Shown here: one piece after another, positions 54,650 to 64,000 of the stretch
How positions within the stretch are numbered: the first letter of the stretch is position 1
Layout: every line of letters begins with the position of its first letter
Source: Spizellomyces punctatus DAOM BR117
Lineage: Eukaryota
Strand: one strand, 5' to 3'
DNA: 64,000 bases
NCBI GenBank assembly: GCA_000182565.2
Contig: KQ257463.1
The notes under the pieces: model-generated
The model's database searches: none
Seen by the model: only the letters and a program-made list of their open reading frames with translations
What the model was told of the DNA's origin: nothing
Translations under genes and position numbers: made by a program

Positions 54650-56048
54650 CCTCAACTGCTAAATTGACATCTGCCAAATGACCTCAAAACTATACCAGAG
54701 GTGGGCTTCATACTCCGTAAAGTTGAGTCCAAAATAGAAAAAGTCAAATAGAAAACGTTCTTCCGCTCGTTCTCGGGCTGTGTTTGATAAGTGTTGATCT
54801 CGCTGGTCTAGAGGACAAAATACAAGAAACGAAGAGTGACAGGTTGCGGGGCGATAGCAAATGTCAATTCTGACAGCAGCTGCCAACTGGAATAATGTAC
54901 TCTTCACCCAAGACAGTCTCTTTTTCATAAAATCCATTACATCCAAAGTTGCCGACAATTTCCCATATTTTTTCTATATAAACCATCTATAGATATAAGA
55001 ACCATTTACATATGTCCTGACCTCATCGACCCACATCTCCATATCATTCTTCTCCCTGATGAACAGACATCTTCCTAGTGTTGAAGGCATTGGTGGCATC
55101 TTTGTGCCTTGCCACCAATAATTGAAATCGACTGGCGATCAATACTGAAGACTTGGATGGTGTTGTTTTTCTCGTCCGCGAAAGTTCGGTAATAAAAATG
55201 ACTGATGATCGTTACAAAGACAGGAACATTGGTCGTTTCCTGCAACAATTAATACACAACCAAGAACATGCAAATCCGTGACATACCTTTCCTCTAACAT
55301 ATGACCAAGGAATCTCTCACTGAGGTATCGTATCGGCTGAGGTTCCTGCACTCGCTGAGACTTCGTACACGGATACGTGGTGCCGCTGGTCTGTGTCAAC
55401 ACTTGAGAGAGACGAATTAGCTCATCATGGCTGTGGCTACTCGATAATGGTGTCAACCAGCCTAGGGAGCGGGCCTTCCATTTTTTCTCCCGTGTATGGC
55501 AATGAAACGGAACGAAGCATTGCTCAAGGGTTCAGTGGCCCGTGGAACTGCCATGTCGAAAAGAGGAAAAGGCGACAAATTGCAGGTAGGAAGCTAAAGT
55601 CGAAGCGCGCTGATGTGGTGATGTGTACAAAGGAAAATCGGTCAGGTTCAGAGAGGGCATTGCCATGTTTCTTGGGTGTTTACATATCCACCGTAATTCC
55701 TATTTCGCCAATGGCTTCACTAAAAAAATAGTGGTGTATTTCAACGCTTTTTATGCAGGCAGAGACTTGATTGATCGTCAAGAGGTCAACGCCTATCTTG
55801 TCGTTACATTTAATGGTAAAAGGTTTGTCAAGCTTCAGTGAAGATCTCGTAGGAAATGGATCATTCAAAGAAGTTCTTGGGTAGCTACGGTGGGCTTGAT
55901 ACTCTGCCTCCCACTTGACACTGCGATGGTCTGTAGGCAATGACTTTTTCATGGAATAGGCAAATCGCAACCAAAGCAAGTAAGCCGAGGTGGATCTTCT
56001 CGCATTGGCATCTTGGGCTGCATAAGCAGCGTCGCAGATGTGTCGCAC
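54650..56048 (-). mobile_element. Highly degenerate Ty1/copia LTR-retrotransposon pol remnant(s)
   Basis: 55680-56048 gives CDAAYAAQDANARRSTSAY...EAEYQA...PFTIKCND...IKSVEIHHYFFSE, co-linear with copia RNase H (CDADYAGD..RRSTSGY...EAEY.A...IYCDN...KHIDIRYHFIRE). Weaker IN-like (DLHVLGC) and RT-like (CLFI...TYVNG; LAAAVRIDICY) fragments follow with stops. No LTR recognised. Confidence 0.7.
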
Positions 56049-56496
56049 TAGAAACGCGGCTCAGAGACGACCGCAGGCGGATCTAAGACAGCGGCTTCAA
56101 CCTCCGCCCCGAAGACGGGTTTATGAATAGCTTTCTGTTGAGATCACGCAGCGGAGAGAAAAAAAAAAGAGGGAAAGCAGGAGACACGCAGAAAGAGAGT
56201 CCCCGATGTGGGGATGAATCAATGTATAAAGTCTAATATAGGGAACCACGCATCTACCACTGAGACCCATTCTATTCTACCGCTGACTTACATATATCCA
56301 TCCCGCAAACGTCAGTCGAGGAGCCGAAGATCGATCCTGGCACCAGTAGTTTCTGACTTAGAGATCACTGTAGTCAAACTCTTGAGTCGCGCAGGAGAGG
56401 TCAAGGCTGCCAAGATGATCCAAAATTGAACAGATTTCTGCAATCTCCAAATGCCCCATGCCATCGTTCAGCAAAGTCTTGCTTGTTTATAAGCTC

Positions 56497-57719
56497 TCAT
56501 CTTCGTCTCTTGGCGGTCTCTCTAGGAATGACACTGGGCAACGGTTTCTTATCAGGTAACACCATTTCCGTCCTTGCCTTGGGATCCATAAACAGCGTCT
56601 CCTTGCTATAATACTCGAGTGGTAAATTCCCATCTGCTAAATGCGGGTTCATGACCAAAAACTGCTTAAACTCTTCCGGAGGTGGCTTCATGCTCCGTAT
56701 CCCATAATTCACAAGTTGAATCCAAAAATAAGTCAATGTCAAATGAAATGTCTTTCCGTTCGTTCTCGGACTGTGTTTGATAAAGTGTTCAATCTTGTCA
56801 AAAATTAGATTCTTGCCTTTTTGTCGTCCTTCGCGGGTGAGATAGAGATAGGCAATGCGGAGATGTGTGTAATGGTCCCAGGTATCGAGGGTGCACGCGT
56901 CGAGTTGGCTGAGAAAGACGTCGTCGGGATCATCTTGCCGTAGGAGCCATTCTTCGAGTTTGGTTGAGAGGGAAGTAGTAGAAGAGGGATTGGGTGGTTG
57001 TGAGACACTTGGTGCCTGTGGGGTGACGATCTGCTCTGTGAGCCATTCGAAGGCTTCCGGTAGCCCTGTTTGGCTCAGGTGGGGTTCAAGGGCCCGGGAA
57101 GGGTATACTGCAAAGGCCCTGTTGCCTACTGTCGGAGCAAATTTCTCTCGAATCTCCAAAGTGCCCATGGCATTCGGCAAATCCTGCTTGTTTGCAATGC
57201 TATTTAACTAATGTCAATCAATTGTTTTAGAGAGGCAAGTAGCATTTTGCGGCACGCACACAATGACAGGGATGCGCTGATCACCAACGTCCGACAGAGC
57301 CGCAATCTCTGTTAGCATGGCCCTAAATTCTTCTACGGCTTCCGGAAACCGTTCGCGATCATTCGAGTCGACAATGTACATCAAACCCGACAGGCCCGAA
57401 AAGTAGTGTCGCCAGAGGGGTCGAATCTTGTCGCATCCGCCCACATCCCATAACGAGACGCTGACCGTACCCGCCCGTGTCTTTATGCTCGTCTTTTCGA
57501 CATTGAAACCAATTGTGGGGATGGTTGTGATAATCTGCACAGCATTGTCAGCAACGATTCCCCTTGTGCACTCTGCGCGGCTAGCACCACCTCGGTAGGG
57601 TCCAACACCAAGCGATACAGAATAGTTGTCTTTCCACAAGCGTCAAGTCCCAGAATAAGCAGTGTTCGGTCGGCGCGTGCAGGCAGCCATTTGCCAAAGA
57701 GAGTCCGGAGGGTTTCCAT
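56497..57719 (-). CDS. Atypical Arf-like GTPase fused to an uncharacterised C-terminal domain, three exons
   Basis: [66 protein letters not shown]; then [14 protein letters not shown]...[13 protein letters not shown]...YYSKETL...AR...VLPDKKPLP. Confidence 0.9.
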
Positions 57720-57810
57720 AAAATAAAAAAACCTCAAAGTAACGTCAGATGGAAATGCCTGGACGGAAAAGCTCAAAAAAGTCGGACGAAAGTCTTGTCC
57801 GTTCGCGACT

Positions 57811-57840
57811 GTCACGTGACTGCGCAGTAAGACGCGTCCC
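57811..57840. promoter_or_regulatory. Putative bHLH E-box (perfect palindrome GTCACGTGAC) with an adjacent ACGCGT (MCB-like) site in the Arf-like/DGAT1 divergent promoter
   Basis: Motifs read directly; a similar pair recurs at 30003/30031 and 40538/40553. Function is inferred. Confidence 0.45.
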
Positions 57841-57958
57841 TGGCCGTGGCTTATCTCCACGTCATCCGTCGATCCCCTCCTTTTGACCCTCTTCGTCCCC
57901 GCCTTGTCCGCCATCTTGCAGCAGCAGCAAGCTTATCCAAACTAACACGGCTTTCACA

Positions 57959-60062
57959 ATGATGGCTACAGTGCTATTAGAGACTACTCCGGAAAACCCC
58001 GCCGTCGAGGCGTGCGTAGAGGAGATGAAAACACATAACTCGCCGCGTCGACGAACTGTTGGTGGGCAAGCCAAGGAGGAGAAGAGGGAAGCTTCCCCAC
58101 ACGGTCAAGGCTCTCCAAAGAGACAGGCAAAGCTGTCAACATATTCCCATACATATGTTGTCCATACAGCGATTCGGGCGTCTCCTCTTTCCAAGGAGGT
58201 GAGTCCTTGTGTGATATTAGCATTATCTCTGGTTAGGTGCTGACAGGGTTCTGTAGAGTCCTGAACAAGACTATAGAGGATTCCTCAACTTAGCACTCCT
58301 TCTTCTTGCCGTCTCCAACATCCGTCTCATTATTGAAAATTACATGAAATACGGGTTCCTCCTCTCGCATCCATTCTCCAACCTCCGACTCTCGGACGTC
58401 CAATGGGCTTGCGTTAGCTGGGCTTTTCAGGGGGTAAGCTCTTTCTACTGCTTGCTTCCAACATTATGATTCTGACATGTATGTTAGATGAACGTTTTGG
58501 CCGCATATGCGACGGAGAAATGGGCGACGAGGGATATCCGGACGGACCGCCCTACACGCAAAATGGTCCGGTTGATTTATTTTATCAATATTGGACTCAC
58601 CATTACGATTCCTACGTTGATCGCGTATACAATATGGAATCCGGTGCGTGCTTCTTCTTATTATTCATTTTCCTGCATCTTTCATAACATTTGGACTTAG
58701 GCAATATCAGCTCTCAGTCTCTTCTCCGCGGCCATTCTTATGCTAAAACTCATATCTTATGGCCTTGTTTGTGGCGATATGCGCCGTGAAGCAGCCTGGA
58801 AAATTGTACCACATCGATGCGAGGATCTCACATCCAAGGATGCCAGGCTCAACACGGCGGAATTCGACATCAATATGACCTATCCGTTGAACATTACGCT
58901 AGGAAATTTGCTGTACTTTGTGTTTTGTCCAACTTTGGTAAGTGGCTGATGTACAGCTTTGTGGTTTAGGTTGACAAGCCTGATGTTTAACTTATGGCGC
59001 ATAGTGCTATCAACCCGTATACCCGCGCACACCTCGGTTCCGCAGTATTTTCTTTTTTAAACGCTTGATGGAGTTCTCAATCGGGATGGCCGCAATATAT
59101 CTGCTTGGAGTTCAATATGCAGGTACAAACACTTGAGCTACTGTTGCAAGGTCTTGACAGCAGGGGTTTCGGGGATGTACACAGCTCACCCATATTAAAT
59201 GCGCAGCTCCCACACTTCGCAACTCCCTACAAGCCCTTGACAAACTAGATTTCGTTCATCTCGTCGAGCGCGTTCTCAAACTGTCAGTCATCAGCGTCGT
59301 AATCTGGTTATTGATGTTTTATTGCTTTTTCCACTGTGCTTTGAATATGCTTGCGGTAGGTTGCTCTTTTGGCGCGTTGCTGTGAATCCTTTATTTATTG
59401 GCTCTGTAGGAAGTTATGCGGTTTGGTGATCGACGATTCTACCTTACGGTACGTACGCGGTTTCTCTCCTCAAAATATCCATTGTTCACTCACCTAAGCA
59501 CACCGTCATAGTGGTGGAACGCACGAGACATTGCCGAATACTGGCGACTCTGGAACACCCCAGTCCACAACTGGGGTAAACGGCATATATACATGCCTCT
59601 CATTATCAAACACAAGGTTCCCCCCATGGTGGCCAGTATCGCCGTTTTTACCTTTTCCGCTATTTTGCATGAGTTGTTGATTGGTGTTCCAACGCGTTGT
59701 GTGAATGGATGGGCGTTTTGGGGGATGATGATTCAGCTGCCTTTGATACTCCAAACGAGGGCGTTTGAACCCCTACGTAGGCGGAACGAAAAGCTGTTTG
59801 ATACCATCGGGAATTATATGTTTTGGATATCTTTTACCATAGGTTTGTTCATCTTTTTTATTCATTGCTGGTGATGAATGTACTAATGAGAGTTGTAGTG
59901 GGACAACCGACATGTGTTCTGGTTTACTACAGTCATTGGTATAAGGTACGCTCATTGGTATTCGTTGCGTTTCTATGCAGGTTGGTTAACCGGTCTTTAG
60001 CGAACGTATCTCTCGTGATGTCACAGAATAGAGGGCTTTATGCGGAGTTTGTAAGAGTATAG
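57959..60062 (+). CDS. DGAT1: Diacylglycerol O-acyltransferase 1 (MBOAT family)
   Basis: H....SPLSKE|SPEQDYRGFLNLALLLLAVSNIRLIIENYMKYG; LKLISY; YPLNIT..NLLYF.FCPTL|CYQ.VYPRT; ERVLKLS; FGDRRFY..WWNA; WNTPVHNW..RHIY.P; SAILHE. Confidence 0.9.
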
Positions 60063-60270
60063 TTTGACTGTCAAGTATATCGTATCAAGGCATCGGAAAA
60101 CAGTAATATAGTTCTTTTCACATGGCCATTCTCTAAAGGAAAAAGGCAGAGGATCATGATGTGGGCCAATGTGGGTCAGCAGTCAGTTTGGAGGATAAAT
60201 GCCGAATGGTTGTAATGATGTGACTACCATTCCGATCCATGCAGCTCACGGAAGATGCCATTTAAACTAT

Positions 60271-60684
60271 TCACACAATGACTCCAGGCCAATCCCTTAC
60301 TCCTTCTCCTTTCTTCACAGGCTGGACCTCCCCCTCCTTACCCACCTCCTCCGGCCGCCTAACGTCCGCTTCTGCCCCAGGGTATACCTCTTTCATCTCC
60401 TTTTCAGCCCTCTCTGGCGGCCGCGGCCAATCAGGGACATCCTCAGTCAATCTAACAGGCAGATCCTCGGTATCGACATCGGGTTCCGGGGCTACGCCGG
60501 GCGGAGCAATGGGGTCTATGTGCGGGTGGGTTGGTTGGACGTGCGTTGATGTGAAAAGAGGATGACTTGGATCGACTATCATGCCGTCTCTTGGGCCGGA
60601 TGGGGGAAACAGGTCCCCGCTACCAATTGGCAGAGGGGATATGGGATTGGGAGGTGAGAATGAGGGATCGGTGGAAGCTGACAT
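60271..60684 (-). CDS. Small Pro-rich hypothetical protein resembling the PI31/PSMF1 C-terminal region
   Basis: 137-aa ORF with IGSGDLFP...GMIVDPSHPLF...IDPIAPPG..PEPD...LP. Similarity is from recalled motifs only. Confidence 0.45.
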   Translation of the reverse strand: MSASTDPSFSPPNPISPLPIGSGDLFPPSGPRDGMIVDPSHPLFTSTHVQPTHPHIDPIAPPGVAPEPDVDTEDLPVRLTEDVPDWPRPPERAEKEMKEVYPGAEADVRRPEEVGKEGEVQPVKKGEGVRDWPGVIV

Positions 60685-60889
60685 TTTTTTGGGTCGTTTT
60701 TGTGATTAGTAGTAGCTTTGGGGTGCTTTGGCCAAAAACGTTACCAAACATATAGCTTTTATATCCTTTCAAACAATATTGACAACGTCATTCTTTTTAT
60801 GAGATTTTTATTACATATGTAAAAGAGTCTCATGACCATCATCACTCGATGGGGGATGCGACCGTTTATCTTCGCAAGTCAAGTGTGCT

Positions 60890-61877
60890 TTAAACCCTCC
60901 GAGCAATCAGCACCGAATTGATGACGTGATTATGGGGATGAACGACCAGCAGGGGGTCAAACCCTTCCAGCGAGTCAATCTCCACAGGCTAACAAGAAAG
61001 TGTTCAGTTCTCTTCAAGAGGTGGTTTTTACAAGCAGCTCTAGAATTACTCACTGGGTATAATAGTCCCCTCAGCGAATGCGCGCTCCTCACCACCAATA
61101 AAGCTCCCTGGCGCATTCCTTTACGGACATGTTCTAAAACCTTTCGCTTCTCGCCCGAATCCAACCCCACAAGTGCCGCAAGGTACACCACATCAAATTC
61201 ATTCAATTGGACTCCGTTGGACACATCACACACCTCAAAACTCATCATCTGCGAGATATGCTCGTTGTCGAGTTTTGATCCTACGAGTTTGGATGAGGTT
61301 TGGATGGCGCGGTCCGAGAGGTCCATGTTGTGGATCCTTTGTGTACGCTCGGGGAACCGTTCAGATAGTTCCTGCGCGAGGCAGATGGACGTCAGAGGGA
61401 GGGGACCGGAGCCGATGAAGATGTATTGCGTTGGGGGCGCAGTGGGAGGTGTGAGGGAGAGGAGAGCGTTGAGCTCGAGGCGTGTGAGGTCAATGTAATT
61501 GTTATAGTAAGGGAAGTCATTGATAGCGCCGTGTCCCTCTATCAGACGCTCAGGTCAGTAAAGCGGACCAGCATTGGAAAAAAGCAGGAGGATAAAAAGG
61601 TACCTAAAATCCTTACAACCCATTCCATCTCCAACCTAAACTCGCCCTCAGAGCACAACCTTCTTAAACTGCCTACAACCTCTTGAACACTCTCATTCCC
61701 GAGAACATCTTCCACAACGCTCCTCGGCCAGTTTCTCTCGCACAATTCAACCAGGGATGAAAAGAGAGCATTGATGGCTGGACTAGGGTCCAAGCTGCGA
61801 GCCTCTGAGAGGGACGCGTGAAGTTTGAGAATAGTAGGAACCAAATCTCTTGACGGCTGCTGTTTGAGGAGGACCAT
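60890..61877 (-). CDS. NAS: Nicotianamine synthase, three exons
   Basis: SLDPSPAINALFSSLVELC, LRRLCSEGEFRLE..W, FPYYNNYIDLTRLE, FIGSGPLPLTS, FDVVYLAALVG, LVVRSAHSLRGLLYP, VHP.NHVINSVLIAR. Confidence 0.95.
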
Positions 61878-62742
61878 GTTTGAGCACTGGATTTCGGAAG
61901 GAGCAGTCCATTCACGCATGAGGATTTATATGCAGCGCGACCCTATTCCCAAGATCTCTCTCACACACTAAAATGGAAGGCCGCCATCTTTACAACATTG
62001 CCCAACGGGGATCCAAGCGCGAAATGTCGCCTTTTTTTTATTGGGGGTCAATTTAGACGTCATGAAGCTTTTTGGGTTTGCGTACTGCTGGGCTGAAGGG
62101 GCACCACGTGGCGATGGTCGCTTTGAGGTTTTTATGCCACCCTCGTGCACCACACGGTACTGTACGCATTTGCAAGTCCAAAGCATGCGATGCCCAGAGT
62201 TTCTTGCATTGGGACGGATATGCAGTGCCCACCAGGTAGGTTTGGATCACCACCATCCTTCTGATTCACCATACCCATTACCACTCTACCACTGCAAAAA
62301 GTCATGTACTCATTGGACTATAAAGTATCAATCTAAATGAAAACTCTATGCATCCCCGCGTGGAATCTCTCGAAAGGCATCGGACCAACTCTTGGCAGTA
62401 AGGAAGGGGGATGATAACCTGTGAGGGCCCCTTGCACGTGAAGCCGCGCCTAAATGACGTGATTTCAAAGTTAAGGTTTTTGACGAGTACCTCACGGGTT
62501 ACAAGTTTTTTTCTTCTGTTTTTTTTTTGTATTTTTCTTTTTGGGGGAGATTGGCGGGACGGAAATTGGGGAATATTGGGGTGGATTTTTGGACATGGCG
62601 TGATGTTCTGTTGTGTTTTGGTTTCGTGGTGTGCTTTGATGCAGCTTTGGACACTTGGAAGAAACCTCATCGATAGGCTCCTCTTCGCCTGTCGCAGGTA
62701 CCTCATACAAACCTAGAGAAAACGGCGTTGTCAGAATCCTCA

Positions 62743-64000
62743 ATGGTCGTCATTTGCGAGGACATTCCAATGGCTGTTGCTAGGAGTGCAGGTGAGTACC
62801 CATCCTGTCGGCCTCTGTGTGTTTTGCTGAGAACTCAAACTGTTGAACAGCGACTCGGATGAGTGATGAGATGCGGTTGGGAGGTAGCCCCGTGCGCCGG
62901 TCATCTTTTGTTCTTGTTGGAGGTGAGCGACGTGTTAGAACACGTTAACTTTTTGTTGCACTTGCTTATTACAGCACTCCAGAGGCACAAGATCCGATTC
63001 AAGAACTCGTAGCAGAATCTACCAAGCCCGCTTGCACGCCTCCGCCCATCGACACCATTCAACTTCTCATCGACTTGAACGATGCACTGTTGGCGTACGG
63101 CACGCCCACCCATCGCATGGAAGCCCTCGTCGACGCCCTTGGAGAAAGCCTTCACATACCTGTTAAAGTGTACTACCTCCCAACGTACACCCTCCTCCAT
63201 TTCCTGGGTCCGCTACCACCCGGAAAGAGAGAGCAGCACATTGTGAAGACACGGGGTGGATGGGATTTTGACAAGCTCCAAGTTCTCCATGCCCTATGCA
63301 AGGATCTTATTCGAGGAAGAACGAATCCTGCTGGAGCCAAAAAGAAACTACAAGATATTCGAAACATGAGGGATGCGTGGAGTGAGTTGTGGATCGTCGC
63401 TGGGTACCCTGTGTCGGCTGCAACGAGTGCCATCATGTTTTTCAATGGGAACGGGTGGGATGCGCTTGCGAGTGGGTTGTTGGCGTCTATACCAGGTGGG
63501 ATGAGGTTGATTGCGAATCGATTTCCATCGCTGTGGGTACGTGTTAATATCTGCTGTTGGTAATCTTTGTGAATCTTTCTTGCACCTACTCACCGGTGAA
63601 ATCCTCCATAGTGGACATACGAAATCATATGCTGTGCCCTCATCAGCGTCATCGCAGCCTCCATTTCATCAACACGATGCTACCCTTCCCTGCTACTCTC
63701 CTCAGTCGTGACCTTACTTCCAGGGTACACTGTCACAGCCTCCGTGGTCGAAATCCTGACCAAGAACGTCATATCGGGTGCAGTGCGTTTGTGCTATACG
63801 GTAGTGTACTTGGCGGCTATGGCATACGGTTTGACACTTGCGCCCTTATTCTATAATGTGGCGGTTGGGAATGGGTTCCTGCGACGACCGCCAGGAGTGG
63901 AAAATGCATGTACGGCGGAACAGACGATTGCAGTCAGTCATTTATGGTTGATTTTATGTGTGCCGCTTTATATTGCTTCCTACAATATTTACCTCAAGGT
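62743..64000 (+). CDS. ThrE/DUF1212 (Prm10-like) putative amino-acid exporter, runs off the window end
   Basis: ALLAYGTPTHRMEA, YLPT, HIVKTRGGWDFDKLQ.LH, MFFNGNGWDA, LLPGYTVTASVVEILTKNVISGAVRL. The 5' exon structure is uncertain. Confidence 0.85.

Noticed and set aside
52376-64000. Chromate transporter, NAS and exporter as one metal-homeostasis cluster
   Set aside because: The CHR gene is more than 6 kb from NAS and separated by unrelated genes (Arf-like, DGAT1); only the NAS/exporter pair was kept as a hypothesis.

Overview
Gene-dense, intron-rich eukaryotic nuclear DNA. Short GT-AG introns with CTAAC/CTGAC-type branch points, fungal-type genes (Mif2, NUXM, Slt2-like MAPK, Prm10-like) and a Nup43-like gene suggest an early-diverging fungus such as a chytrid; the taxon is an inference. 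I rebuilt about 27 protein-coding genes by joining ORF fragments across splice sites by eye, so exon boundaries are approximate unless stated. The first 41 kb is mostly housekeeping: CENP-C/Mif2 (partial), CAMKK-like kinase, VPS15, L2HGDH-like oxidoreductase, PIG-U, NDUFB2, MAPK, HAD phosphatase, SRP receptor beta, G-protein gamma, GPN3, insulysin, a small TPR protein, a bZIP factor, SEC5, NUP43, eIF3f and NUXM. The rest is more unusual: a HutD/Ves-AstE/AspA deacylase fusion, a JmjC protein, WDR48, a chromate transporter, a decayed Ty1/copia relic, an atypical Arf-like GTPase fused to an uncharacterised domain, DGAT1, and a nicotianamine synthase head-to-head with a ThrE/Prm10-like exporter. 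The strongest leads are the atypical Arf fusion (catalytic Gln replaced by Cys, no Gly2), the HutD-deacylase fusion, the NAS/exporter pair, and a stop codon in the insulysin gene that overlaps a splice donor and could switch on a PKL peroxisomal signal. Also seen: microexons, an intron-split start codon, GC-AG introns and a recurrent CACGTG(+AGACGCG) element in divergent promoters. No rRNA, tRNA or CRISPR array was recognised.
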